A stretch of DNA of 58,765 nucleotides, counting the filler, from Jimgerdemannia flammicorona (taxonomy: Eukaryota), in NCBI GenBank assembly GCA_003990765.1. It is 2 parts of 2 records of this genome, joined end to end, with 100 filler letters (N's around TTAATTAATTAA, not from the genome) between each part and the next. Parts side by side here need not be neighbours in the genome. Positions count along the whole stretch, not along the records: positions 1 to 29,333 come from RBNJ01000504.1; 1 more part is not named here. One strand, 5' to 3'. The translations under genes and the position numbers were made by a program. This document shows, piece by piece, positions 11,471-25,664 of the stretch (positions within the stretch are counted from its first letter, which is position 1; each line of letters starts with the position of its first letter). The notes below the pieces were generated by a model. That model was not told the origin of the DNA, did no database searches, and was given only the letters and a program-made list of their open reading frames with translations.

Positions 11471-13483
11471 TTTTACAATCCAATTCCACTTCAAGACGCT
11501 TCCTCACCCCACTACAAACCTTTCTGAGAATTTCTACAAGTTGGTATAAAGCCCAACCTCTGAACTGGAATTTATCCTGAACCATCTGACAATCTGGAGA
11601 GAATTGAACCTAACATACAAGGACAATTTGACCTCCATACCTGCAACAAGTGGGATAAACTTCATTCAAAGAAAGAAGTACTCCGGTTAAACCAGCAAAT
11701 AGGTGAAACCCTATTCACTGAACTCCTTGTACTACACCCAGTAAGTCAAGATGAAGAAGGTCTTATTGAAGTCTTCTTTACTCTTCTCAACAAGAGTTTT
11801 GTCAGCTCCACAAATCTGAGTGACCTAGGACAACCAGCAGTGGTCTTTCTAGCCTTAGTTCCTCATGAAGCCCAAGCCTCTGTAGCCAAGTGGCTCAATT
11901 CTACCAACTTCCACTGTACCAGGATCAAGACCGCCTTATACTACCGATTCCAGAACAGTAAGGCCCGCCATATCCTTAAAGAAGAAGCAAGAGAAACCCT
12001 TCATCAACTACCTGACCCTGAACCTGAAGTAGGCCCCGCTACAGCCCTATCTGAATCTGAAACCAATACCGAACCTGAACTTGACTTTGAATTAAGTCCA
12101 TCTGAAATCAGATATACAACTAATTCTGTCTACTTTGACGCCAAGCAAACCCAATTACACGGGGACCAAACTGAAGAAGAGGAGGAGTATCTTACTGAAT
12201 TCGATCCTGGATACACCACCGAAGGAGATGCCCTTCCATCAGGATGGAATACACCTACTCAGCAACAAATAGCTATCTATCAAGCCCTTACTCCAGATCT
12301 ACAACTACTACTCCAGCAACTTACACAGATCCAAAGAACCCCATCACACTCTGCACCAGTACCTCAAGTAGTACCAGTAACACCACTACCAGCAGTCTAA
12401 CCACCTCCAGTAAACAATATGGCGAACCAACAGATTCTAGACCTCACAGCCCAAGTAGCTATAATGGTAGCAACCATTACTGCCTTAGCTGAACAGACTC
12501 AACCTACTAAAAATCTGAGCCTACCTACCTTCAATGGTACTGTACAAGAAGTCCAAAGCTTCATTAGTGTAGTTGACACCAACTTTGAAGCCAATCAATG
12601 GACCAATGAGCGAGTTGCTGACTGTGTTCTGACAAACAATCAAGACCACACTCTGGAACAACTCTTTGCTACCACTACAGCCTATGTCTGCTAAGTTGTT
12701 ACATTCTTCCGAGGACCTGCCGAATAATAGTGGCGAACCCTTCCTGAAAAACCCCTTACATGGGATACCCAACCTACAGTAGTTGCTCAGAATGTAGCAA
12801 ACAATGCCCCAGGATATGGAGCCCATCCTGCAGCCCCTGGACTTAAACAACTCATGATTACTCAATACCGCAGTGAAACCATGATTGCCAAATCTCAAGT
12901 AAAACTCTGCAACCTCAAATTTGATGTACATGGCAAAGAAGAATTCGAAACCTTCTATACAAAACTCGAGTCACTCCTGAACACTGTTGGCCTAAGATAT
13001 ATTGCCAATGATGAAGCATGAAATAGTACAAGAGCAGACCACTTATTTGATGCCCTGCCTGAATGGCTTACTAGAAAAATCCAAGAACAAGGCCACCCAG
13101 TTGGTTGTGACCATCAACAATAGTGCCTGGCAAGAATCAAGACTATGGTCAAGCGAATCCTAACAGCTGGACCAATTCTGCCCCAAAGACAATTCAACAA
13201 CAAGGAAAAGACTTGGACTAAGAAAGAAGAACCCAAGCATGAAGCATCCCAAGCTCCCTCCACATCTATCTCTTGGACACCTAGAAATCATGAACCTACC
13301 CAGCCAAGTACCTTCAAGAAACTCACTGAAGGTGAAAGAAATGAACTTCGAAGAAGTGAAGCATGCTTCTATTGCTGAAAGACAGGACACATGGCCAGTG
13401 CCTGCCCTAACCAAAAACCGTAAACAGCAATAAGAGCAACTGTTACCACTCTGCACCACCTCAACAATCTGATCACCAGAATA

Positions 13484-13890
13484 TTAAACTTTATCAAGTT
13501 AAGACAAACTGCTAAGACCCCAACCAAAGGAAGCCAAAAAGCAGCTGGATATGACCTATATACAGCCAAAGAAGCTACAGTTTCCAACCAAGAAGTCAAA
13601 CAAGTCTACACAGGAATCAGTATCCAAATCTCTGAAGAATATGTTGGAAGAATATACTGTCACAGCAGCCTAGCATTGAAAGGACTCTCAGTAGAAGGAG
13701 AAGTTATCAATGAAGATTACACAGGTGAAATCATTGTCCTCATCCAAAACCATAGTTGGACACCCTTCAAGATCCCTATTGGTTTCTGCATTGCCCAGAT
13801 CCTATTCGAAAAAATCGAGTCAACCCTGACAGTCAAGAAAGTCCCTGAACTACTGCCCACCATCTGAGGATCTAAAGGATTTGGCTCATC
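13484..13890 (+). pseudogene. dut: dUTPase domain between Gag zinc knuckle and protease (family A copy 1)
   Basis: Five trimeric dUTPase motifs: AAGYDL, GRIYCHSSLA, GEVINEDYTGEI, IAQI, *GSKGFGSS. Confidence 0.92.
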
Positions 13891-16800
13891 AAATAAGGCC
13901 CCAACTCAACCTACCACAAGCAAAGAAGAATAATTCTACAAGAAGATTGAAGATGGATATATACCAAGTGGCTGATGCCCTCATGGCATTGGAATGTACT
14001 CTTCCTGAATAATTGATGATTACTTTTCTTGTATCAATGAACTGGCACAAAGAAGAACCAATAGAAGGAAAGCTCCTACAACTGAAATCACCACCATTGG
14101 ATCAGACAAACTGCTCATACTTAAGGCTTTTGTCAACTGAGCACCTGTCAAAATTATGATAGACAGTGGTGCCTCAGGCAACTTCATCAGTGAAGAGACA
14201 GCCAATAGACTCAAGATCTTCACCTCTCCAGTATAGCAAACTCAAGCAGTTGCTACAGCTGATGGAACCTCACATGTTATTAGTAAAGAAGTCCACAATC
14301 TATCCTTCCGAATTGGTGACTACCGAGTACATGTTACCCTCCAAATTGTACTACTTCCTAACAATGAAATTATCCTTGGAACTCCATGGCTAAAACAAGA
14401 GAACCCCATGATTGATTGAGTAAACCATTCTCTGACCATCAAGAAAGGATGCCACAACTTCAAACTGCAAGACGAAAAGGACCCACTCAATTCTAGTGAC
14501 CCTGGACCAAAGATCACCCACATCAACAAGATACAACTTAGGAAATTGGCCAAGAAATGCCCTCTCTTCACCATCTCCATCCGTTCATCCAAAGGAGAAC
14601 CCGAGAACTCTGAAGAAGATTTTTCCAAAGTTGACAGCCACATCAGACCACTACTCCAGAAATTCCAAGACATATTCCTGAAGAAGCTCCCAAAAGGCCT
14701 ACCTCCTAAATGAGTAATAGACCATGCTATCAAGACTATCCCAGATGCCAAACCAGCCTTCAAGTCAATCTACCACATGTCTTCAAGAGAAATTGATGCA
14801 CTCAAGAAGGAAATCAATGAACTCCTAGAACAAGGATTCATTAGACTAAGTATATCATCCTATGGTACACCGGTCCTCTTTGTAGTCAAAAAAGAAGGAG
14901 ACCTGTGAATGTGTATTAATTATTGTGACCTCAATGAACAGACTATCAAGAACTGTTGCCCACTACCAAGGATCAATAAAATATTTGATAGGCTCACCAA
15001 CCTGCAATTCATGAGCTCCTTTGACCTATGAAATGGTTACTGGCAAATTGCCATGAAAGAAGAAGACATCTACAAGACAGCTTTCCAAACTCGCTATGGA
15101 CACTTTGAGTTCCTGGTTATGCCCTTTGGCTTAACTAATGCTCCTGCAATCTTCTAGACCCTGATAATACCATTCTGCATCTATACCTGGACAAATTCAT
15201 TGTTGTCTATATTGATGACATCCTAGTCTTCAGCAAAATCCTAGAGGAACATCTTGAACACCTTAAACTAGTACTACTGAAACTTCAAGAAAACTGACTC
15301 TTTGCAAAACTCAGTAAGTGTGAATTTCTCCTGAAAGAAATTCAATTCCTTAGACACATTATCACTCCAAATGAAATCAAAGTGGACTCCAGCAAAATAT
15401 CTGCAATCAAGGATTGGCCCAGACCCAAGAAGCTGAAAGACCTCCAGTCATTCCTGGGATTAGCAAACTATTACAGGTGATTTGTTGCCAACTTTGCTAA
15501 AATCACTACTACTCTCAACCAAGCATAGCAAGAAACAAGAACAACCCTGGACCATAAAACAAGAGAAAGACTTCAACAATCTTGTAACTTGGGGACCTGA
15601 GCAAGATACTACCTTTCAAGTACTAAAGGATGCTCTGATAACCACTCCAGTACTTTAAGTGGTAAACCCTGTACTGCCATATGAAGTTACTACTGATGCC
15701 TCTGACCTAGCCCTTAGAGCAGTACTCATGCAAGAAGGACACCCTGTGGCCTACTACTCCCACAAGTTCAATGATGCTGAAATTAACTATGCAATCTACG
15801 AGAAGGAAATGCTAGCCATCATAGATACTCTGATCAAATTGTGACCCTACCTAGAAGGAGCATACTTCACCATATTGACTGACCACAAATCATTAGTCAA
15901 TATCAAGACACAGGCTACCCTTTCTCGAAAGTAAGCCAGATGGATGAAAATCCTCACCAACTTTGACTATGAAATCCAGTACCACTCTGGCAAGGAAAAT
16001 ATTGTTGCTAATGCAATCTCCAGACCACTAATTGAAGAGGTTATCCAAACTCTCACCTTGGTTACAAACTCCATCATGTAACAAATTATCACAGTATGTG
16101 CCGATGATAAAGAAGCTCAAGCACTGTGAGAAATCCTAAATAGTGATAATGCCGACAAGTATACACAGTATCATCAATACCAACTGAAGGATAATGCTAT
16201 CTACTACAAAGACAGACTGTATATCCCAAACAACCGAGACCTCTGAAGGACTATCCTATTTGAATATCATGATGCCCCTACAGCTGGACATTTAGGATTT
16301 GATAAATGTTATGAAGTTATCTCCCGAAACTTCTATTGGCCCTGCATAGCAGATCAGCTCAAAACCTACATCACTTCCTGTGATGCCTGCCAATGAAACA
16401 AGTCCTCAATACTAGCAAAACCCAGCTTACTTCACCCTATCCCAGTACTATCTGTGAATTGGGAACAAATCTCTATAGACTTCATTATACAACTACTCTG
16501 AACCAAGAATGGAAAAGATGCAATTGTTGTCTTTGTGGATTACCTCAGCAACCAAGCCCGCTTTGTGCCTACTACCACTACTGCAATAGCACCAGACATA
16601 GCCACACTCTTATTTGACAACATCTTCTACTATCATGGTCTTCCTAAGATCATAGTTAGTGACTGAGACCCAAAATTCACCAGCCATTTTTGGAAAGCCC
16701 TCCATGCATACCTTGGAACAAAACTTGCACTATCTACAGCCTTTCACCCTGAAACTGATGGCCAAACTGAAAGAATGAACTGAACTCTGGAACAAATGCT

Positions 16801-17740
16801 AAGGAACTATATCTCCTACAGATAAGATGATTGATATGAACATCTCACTGCAGTCGAGTTTGCTTATAACAACAGCAAGCAAGCCTCCCTTGGAATGACT
16901 CCATTCTTCGCCAACACTGGACAAAACCCAAACACCCCCTTGACACTTATCCAAACCACTGAAGAACCCTCGACAGTCGAAGCTGTTGAAGAATTCTTAC
17001 TTTGAATGTGCAATCTAAGCCAGATTGCCATCAAGAATTTATCACGAGCTCAAGAACAACAGTCACAGTATGTTAACCAACACCACTGAGAAGAAACTTT
17101 TGATATTGGAGAAAAAGTTCTACTAGACATCAGAGGATACCGAGTTGACAACCTCAAGCACAGACTATCTACAAAGCTGAACAGCAAGTTCATTGGACCA
17201 TTTGAAGTCATTGCACAAGTCTCTCTAACCTCCTACAAATTGGCACTATCAGACACCATTAAGATTCACCCAGTCTTTAATGTTCAATGTCTCAAGTGAT
17301 ATAATAAGAATGATGACAAGCTATTTCCAAACTGGACCACCAAACCACTTGCACCTATCATTATTAATGACCAAGAAGAGTATGAAGTTGAACAAATCCT
17401 CAATAAATGTGGCAACAAGAGCCACCCTGAGTACCTTGTTAAATGGAAAGGTTATCTGATCCACAATACAACCTGGGAACCCAAGACCAATCTCCAGAAT
17501 GCTACCAACCTAGTTCAGGAATATGATTCCTTGAACAACTAGAACCAAATACTCCATACCTATCTGTACATACTATATATTATCCTTCCAAACATTATAA
17601 TTATTGCAAACCAAACCAAGAACTCAGCAAAACAAGACAAGAATACTGACTCTCTGAAAAATGGCAAAACTGAAAGCAAGTCTATTTCTCCCTATATCAC
17701 TGAACAAAATTAGAAGACCCTGATGAGGACGTCGAAAGCT

Positions 17741-17753
17741 AAGAAGGGGAGAG
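17741..17753 (+). promoter_or_regulatory. Polypurine tract
   Basis: AAGAAGGGGAGAG one base before the 3' LTR. Confidence 0.85.
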
Positions 17754-17754
17754 T

Positions 17755-19785
17755 TGTAAGTGCACAACCTCTAAGCCACTGAAATCACACATGACCTCTG
17801 AATAAATCTGGAAATCACCTGCTTGATCACGAAGCTGAGTCAAACTGAAGTCACAGCACACAAAGCTGAGTCAATATGAAGTCACAGAACACAAGATTTA
17901 CATAAACAGAATCTTACTAATCAGGATCAAATACATATATACCGAGCACCGAGATGTATCAAATCAGAGAACCAAAACAAACAACAACTATAACTTCCAA
18001 ACACACAAACATGACCACCGAGATCTATACTTGTATCTGCACTGACATTTGGAATGCCATTGTCAACCAAGCCACACCCCCTCTGCCCCTCATGAATATC
18101 CATAGCCTAGCACCCCTCTACTTCATAGAAGCCTGATGGAATGCTCTGAACATGCTTAGCGAGGCCTACCGAATCGGACAAATCTCAAGCTACTACCAGA
18201 TTGGCCACCTCCTGGAAGACATGATCGAACACCACCATGATACAGACATCACCCAGATGTCACAACACCAGAAGCTCATCGCCCACAAACATCGAGAACT
18301 CTTCTACGAGTATAGCACCATTATTCCCCACCTCTGAGTTACCATAGCCAAAATGGTTGTTACTCTGTCCTATGGCCAAATCGACGATATGATACAAAAA
18401 CTCAATCACAAGTACCTCGAGTATATTGAAACCACAGACAGAACCTTCCCACATCCCAATGATCATATTCTGCAAATGCTCCAAGTTAGATACATCATGA
18501 AGGACATCTACGATATAATCCACTTCAATGAAGACGAAGCAGAAGACAATGATCCCTCTGATACCAACATGACCTCTAGCCAAGGATCTCTGCTAACCCT
18601 GATCACACTACCAACCTTGTCGATGAACTTACAACAATTCATAACAGTATACGAGACTTATTGAGACAATGACCACTGGCACAAATACCAACCTGCATTC
18701 ATCCCTGATTACTTCAACTATAATGAAGAGACCAGAGAACACAACCTATACCTCCAGACAACCCTCGAGATCAAATCAACCACTCCACCACTCAAGTATG
18801 AGCAACATAAACCACAGCCACCAGCTTACTACAACCTCACAACTCATAATACTGTAACCTACAGAAGATATGCAGACAGCAAATCTAATGAAAGTGAAGA
18901 TAATGTATTCCTCCTTTGCCTACCAATATCTTATTCAGTATATGAGATAGATGATGCCATCTTGTGGGATAGAGATGAAGTTCCAATGTATTATTACTCT
19001 AGTGAATAAGGAGAAGTAATCTGTAAACCCCTCTTCCTAGACAACTACTTCATCAGAGATGATACAATCAATGGTGATGTCATCAAGGACTATCCAGACA
19101 GTGCCTAAATCCATAAATAGCCTAGCAGTTATAGTATAGTTAGATTAGCCTTGTACAATATGACTGTAAACTGACTCAGCAGCCAGATGATCTCTTAATA
19201 TGTCAGATCACACTTGTACTATATGACTACATTCCAACTCAACAAGGCACTTAGTGCTACATCCATATCTAGCATAGTCCAGATAGCCCCTCATTAGTAT
19301 AAATACCCCCTCCCCCAGACCTCAGAATCTCAGACTCAAATACACAAGAACATTCCTGAATACTTCTCCACAATATTCCTTTACACAACTACTCCTAGTA
19401 TAGCAATATCATGAATAGCGAATAAATCTATTCAAATAACCCACAAACCACCCTTAAGTAAATCCACTCCCCATTAGGTCCCACTCCTAACCCCATTACG
19501 AAATTTCCTAATTGGGTATTGTCTACAGTGATACGCCAATTCAACTAAGCTGGTCTTAGTTTCTTGAACTTCCTGAAATACAGAAAATCCTGAATATCCA
19601 GAACTAGTCCGAAAAGGGACTTTGATTGAGACATCAACCTGATCTTGAAATCAATAAGCATAGAGGATGTACTCTATATGAAATTGATCTTGACCATAAA
19701 GAAAATGGTCTTTCAGAATATCCAGAACCTTCAGAAACCCTTCTAAAACTATGTAACGATTACCATAAAAAGCAACCCTCTTATA
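17755..19785 (+). repeat. Family A 3' LTR
   Basis: Colinear with 9421-11456; terminal CA changed to TA. Confidence 0.95.
18011..19108 (+). pseudogene. Family A LTR accessory ORF, second copy (1098 nt)
   Basis: ATG 18011 to TAA 19108 in one frame; ORF-track pieces 17954, 18152 and 18353 are its fragments. Confidence 0.8.
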
Positions 19786-19788
19786 CAT

Positions 19789-21173
19789 ATCTGATATGTC
19801 AAGAGATCATCTGACTGCTGAGTTAGTTCACAGTTATGTCATGTAAGGCTAGTCTAACTATACTATGACTGTTAGACTATTTATAGGTTTAGATACTATC
19901 TGGATAGTCTTTAATAATATCACTATCAATGACATTATCTCTGATGAAGTAGTTGTCTAAGAAGAGTAGTTCACAGATTACTTCTCCTTGTTTGCTGAAG
20001 TAGTAATACATTGGGACTTCATCACCATCTCATAGGATAGCATCATCTGTCTCATATACTGGATAAGATGTTGGTAGGTGAAGGAGTAGTACATTGTCTT
20101 TGCTTTCATCAGATTCACTGTCTGCATATCTTTTATAGATTACAGCACTATGAGTCACAGGGTTATAGTAAGCTGACAGCTGTGGTTTGTATTGCTTGTA
20201 CTCAGGTGGTGGAGTTGTTGGTTTGATCTTAAGGGTTGTCTGAAGGTATAGGTTGTGTTCTCCAATCTCTTCATTGTAGTTGAAGTAATCAGAGGTAAAT
20301 GCAAGTTAATATTTGTACTAGTGGTCATTGTCCCAGTAGGTCTTGTAGATGGTTATGAACTATTGTAAGTTTATCAACAAGGTTGGCAGTATGATCAGGG
20401 TTGGCAGAGATTCTTGGCTTGAGGTTATGTCAGTGTTGGAGGGATCATTGTCTTCTGCTTTATCTTCATTAAACCAAATTATATTGTAGATATCCTTTAT
20501 GGTATATTCAACTTGAGGCATTTGCAGGATATAGTTATTAGAGTGTGAGAAGGTTCTGTCTGTAGTCTCAACATACTTGAGATACTTGTGGTTGAGTTCT
20601 TATATGTATCATGTTATCGATTTGGCCATAGGACAGGGTAGCAACCATTTTGACGGTAGTAACTCAGAGGTGGGGAATAACAGTACTATACTCATAGAAG
20701 AGTTCTCGATGTTTATGAGCAATGAGTTTCTGGTGTTGGGATATCTGGGTAATATTTGTGTTATGGTGGTATTTGACCATGTCTTCCAGAAGGCGGCCAA
20801 TCTAGTAGTAGCTTGAGATTTGTCCAATTCAGTGGGCCTTGCTAAGCATGTTCAGGGCATTCCATCAGGCTTCCATAAAGTAGAGGGGTGCTAGGCTATA
20901 GATATTCATAAGGGGTAGAGGGGGTGTAGCTCAGTTGATAATAGCATTCCAAATATCAGTGCAGATGCAGTTATAGATCTTGGTGGTCATATTTGTTTGT
21001 GTTTAGAAGTTGTGATTGTTGTTTATTTTAGTTCTCTGTTTCAACACATCTTGGTGCTTGGTATATATATATTTGGTCCTGATTAGTAAGATTCTGTTTG
21101 TGTGAATCTTATGTTCCATGACTTTGTGTTGACTCAGCTTTGTGTGCTGTAACTTCAGTTTGACTTAGCTTCA
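19789..21173 (-). mobile_element. Inverted partial family A LTR, including the accessory ORF (20990-19889)
   Basis: Reverse complement of LTR positions ~110-1460; truncated on both sides by forward family A LTRs. Confidence 0.92.
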
Positions 21174-21429
21174 TATAAGCACACAACCTCTAAGCCACTG
21201 AAATCACATGCAACCTCTGAACAAATCTGGAAATCACCTGCATGATTATGAAGCTGAGTCAAACTGAAGTCACAGCACACAAAGCTGAGTCAATATGAAG
21301 TCACCGAATACAAGATTCACATAAACAGAATTTTACCAATCAGGACCAAATATATATATACCAAGCACCAAGACACATTGAAACAGAGAACCAAAACAAA
21401 TAACAATCACAACTTCCAAACATACAAAT

Positions 21430-22527
21430 ATGACCACTAAGATCTACAACTGTATCTGTGCTGACATTTGAAATGCCATTGTCAACCAAGCCACACCCCC
21501 TCTACCCCTCATGAATATCCATAGCCTAGCACCCCTCTACTTCATGGAAGCTTGATGGAATTCCCTGAACATGCTTAACAAGGCCCACCAGATCGGATAA
21601 ATCTCAAGCTACTACTAGATCAGCTGCCTCCTGGAAGACATGGTCAAACACCACTATGATACAGACATTACCCAGATGTCTCAACACCAGAAGCTCATCA
21701 CTCACAAATACAGAAAACTCTTCTATGAGTACAGCACCTTTATTTCCTATCTCTGAGTTACTATCAGTGAAATGGTTGCTATCCTATCCTATGGCCAAAT
21801 TGACGATATGATATAAGAACTCAACCACAAGTATCTTGAATACATTAAAACTACAGACAGAACCTTCTCACACCCTGGTGACCATATTCTGCAAATGTCT
21901 CAAGTTGGTTATGCTGTGAAGGATGTCTACAACATAATCCACTTCAACAAAGATGAAGCAGAAGACAATGATCTCTCTGACACTGACATGACCTCAAGCC
22001 AAGGATCCCTGCCAACCCTGATCATACCACCAATCTTGCTGATGAACTTACAACAGTTCATAACCACATATGAGACTTATTGGAACAATGACCACTGGCA
22101 TGAATACCAACCTACGTTCACCTCCGATTACTTCAACTATAATGAAGAGACCAGAGAACACAACCTGTACCTCTAGACAACCCTCGAGATCAAACCAACC
22201 ACTCCACTATCCAAGTATGAGCAATATGAACTACAGTCACCAGCTTACTACAATCTTGTAACTCATAGTACTGTAACCTACAGAAGGTATGCAGATAGCA
22301 AATCCAATAAAAGTGAAGACAATACACCCCTCCTGTACCCATCAACACCTTATCTAGCATACAAGACAGATGATGCAATTCTGTGAGATAGAGACGAAGG
22401 CCCAATGTATTACTACCTCAACTAACAAGGAGAAGTAATCCATGAACCACTCTTCCTGAATGACTACTTCATCAGAGATGATGTCATTGATAGTAATATC
22501 ATTGAAGACTACCCAGATAGTACCTAA
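21430..22527 (+). pseudogene. Family A LTR accessory ORF, third copy (1098 nt)
   Basis: ATG 21430 to TAA 22527, same length and frame as 18011-19108. Confidence 0.8.
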
Positions 22528-25500
22528 ACCTATAAATAGCCTGGCAGTCATAGTATAGTTAGATTAGCCTTATACGACATAACTGTGAACTGACTTAGCA
22601 GTCAGATGATCTCTTGATATATCAGATCACACTTGTACTATGTGACTGTATTCCAACTTAGCAAGGTACTTAGTGCTACATCTATATTCAGCATAGTCCA
22701 GATAGCCTCTTACTAGTATAAATACCCCCTCCCCCAGACCTCAGAATCTCAGACAGAAATAGATCTAAACAATCCAAACACAACTCCTGAGTACTTCCCC
22801 ACAATATCTCTTTATACAACTACTCCTAGTATAGCAATATCATAAATAGTGAATAAATCTATTTAATAACCCACAAATTACTCTTAAGTAAATCCACTCT
22901 CCATTAGGTCTCACGCCTAACCCCATCACGAAATTTCCTAATTGGGTGTTGTCTGCAGTGATATGCCAATTCAACTAAGCTGGTCTTAGTTTCTTGAACT
23001 TTCCAAAATACAGAAAATCCTGAATATCTAGAACTAGTCCGAAAAAGGTCTTTGGTTGAGATGTCAACTCAATCTTGAAATCAATAAGCATAGAGGACAT
23101 ACTCCATATGAAATTGATCTTGACCATAAGAAAATAGTCTTCCAGAATATCTAGAACTTCCAGAAAACCCTTCAGAACTATGTAATGGTTACCCTAAAAA
23201 GCAACCCTCTTATAACTTGGTAGCAGCAGTTTACAATCCAATTCCACTTCAAGATGCTTCCTCACTCAGCTACAAAACCCCTCTGTAAATTCCTATAAGT
23301 TGGTATAAAGCCCAACCTCTAAACTGGAATTTATCTCAAACCATCTGACAATCTGAAGAAAATTGAACCTGACATATAAGGACAATTTGACCTCCACACC
23401 TGTAACAAGTGAGACAAACTTCATTCGAAGAAAGAAATACTCCAGTTAAACCAACAAATAGGTGAAACTCTATTCACTGAACTCCTTGCTCTACACCCAG
23501 CAAGTCAAGATGAAGAAGGTCTTATAGAAGCCTTCTTTACTCTTCTTAACAAGAGTTTTGTCAGCTCTATAAATCCAAGCAACCTAGGACAACCAGCAGT
23601 AGTCTTTCTAGCCTTAGTTCCTTACAAAGCTCAAGCCTCTGTAGCTAAGTGGCTCAACTCTACCAATTTTCACTACACCAGGACCAAGACCACATTATAC
23701 TACCAATTCCAGAATAGCAAGGCCCACTATATTCTTAAAGAAGAAGCAAGAGAAACCCTTCATCAACTATCTGACTCCAAACCAAAAGCAGGCCCAGCTA
23801 CAGTTCTACCTGAACCTGAAACCAATACTGAACCGGAACTTGACTTCAAATTAAGTCTGTCTGAAATCAGATATACAACTGATTCTGTCTACTTTGATAC
23901 TGAGCAAACCCAATTACACAGGGACCAAACCGAAGAGGAGGAGGAGTATCTTAGTGAATTCGATTCTGGATACACCACTGAAGGAGAAGTACCTCCATCA
24001 GGACAGAATACACCTACACAGCAACAAATAGCTATCTATCAAGCTCTTACTCCAGACCCACAACAATTACTCCAGCAACTTATACAGACCCAAAGAACTC
24101 CATCACACTCTGTACCAGTACCTCAAGTAGTACCAGTAATACTATTACCAATAGTTCAACTGCCTCCAGTAAACAATATGGCAAATCAACAGATTCTAGA
24201 CCTCATAGCCCAGGTAGCCATAATGGCAGCAACCATTACTGCTTTAGCTGAACAGACTCGACCCACCAAAAATCTGAGCCTACCTACCTTCAATGGTATT
24301 GCACAAGAAGTCCAAAGCTTCATTAGTATAGTTGATACTAACTTCGAAGCAAATCAATGGACCAATGAGCGAGTTACTGACTGTATTCTGACAAACAATC
24401 AAGACCACACCCTAGAACAACTCTTTGCTACTACTATAGCATATGTCCACTGAGTTGTTACATTCTTTTGAGGATCTGCTGAAGAATGGTGGTGAACTCT
24501 TCCTGAAAAACCTCTCACATGAGACACCTGATCTGCAGTAGTTGTGCAGAATGCAGCAAATAATGCCCCAGGATATAGAGCCCACCCTGCAGCCCCTGGA
24601 CTCAAACAACTCATGATTGCTCAATACCACAGTAAAACCATGATTGCCAAATCTCGAGTAAAACTCCACAACCTCAAATTTGATATATATGGCAAAGAAG
24701 AATCCGAAACCTTCTATACAAAACTCGAGTCACTCCTGAATACTGTTGGCCTAGGATATATTGCCAATGATAAAGCACGAAATAGTATAAGAGCAGACCA
24801 TTTATTTGATGCCCTACCTGAATGGCTTACTAGAAAAATTCGAGAATAAGGCCACCTAGTTGGTTGTGATCACCAACAATAGTGCCTGGCAAGAATCAAG
24901 ACTATGGTCAAGCAAATTCTAATAGCTGGACCAATTCTGCCTTAAAGATAATTCAATAACAAGGAAAAGACTTGGACTAAGAAAGAAGAACCCAAGTATG
25001 AAGCATCCCGAGCTCCCTCTACATCCACCTCTTAGACACCCAGAAATCACGAATCCAGCCAGCCAAGTACCTTTAAGAAACTGACTGAAGGAGAAAGGAA
25101 TGAACTTCAAAGAAGTGGAGTATGCTTCTATTGCCAAAAGACAGAACACATAGCTAGTGCCTGCCCCAACTGAAAACCCTGAACAGCAATATGAGCAACT
25201 ATTACCACTCTGCACCATCTCAACAACCTGACCACCCAAACATTAGACTTTGTCAAGTTAAGACAAACTGCTAAGGCCCCAACCAAAGGAAGTCAAAAAG
25301 CAGCTGTATATGACCTGTATGCAGCCAAAGAAGCTACAGTTTCCAACCAAGAAGTCAAGCAAGTCTACACAGGAATCAGCATCCAAATCCCTGAAGGACA
25401 TGTTGGAAGAATATGCTGTTACAGCAGCCTAGTATTGAAAGGACTCTTAGTAGAAGGAGGAGTTATTGATGAAAATTACACAGGTGAAATCATTGTCCTC

Positions 25501-25664
25501 ATCCAAAACCACAGTTGGACACCCTTCAAGATCCCCATTGGTTTCTGCATTGCCCAGATTCCATTTAAAAAAATCAAGTCAACCCTGACAATCAAGGAAG
25601 TCCCTGAACTACTACTCACTATCCAAGGATCCAAAGAATTTAGCTTATCAAACAAGGCTCCAGC

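Larger units (their letters stand above)
11375..17542 (+). pseudogene. Family A copy 1 Gag-dUTPase-PR-RT-RNaseH-IN-chromodomain polyprotein
   Basis: LPTFNG gag motif; zinc knuckle CFYC*KTGHMASAC; dUTPase ~13484-13890; PR DSGA (~14162); RT YIDD (~15208); RNase [11 protein letters not shown] zinc finger and [20 protein letters not shown]; chromodomain EYEVEQIL..YLVKWKGY...TWEP (~17378-17525). Confidence 0.9.
9421..19785 (+). mobile_element. Ty3/gypsy chromovirus-type LTR retrotransposon, family A copy 1 (two LTRs, decayed)
   Basis: LTRs 9421-11456 (TGTAAG...CTTACA) and 17755-19785 (TGTAAG...CTTATA). PBS, PPT and gag-dUTPase-PR-RT-RH-IN-chromodomain order present. Flanks show no TSD. Confidence 0.95.
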
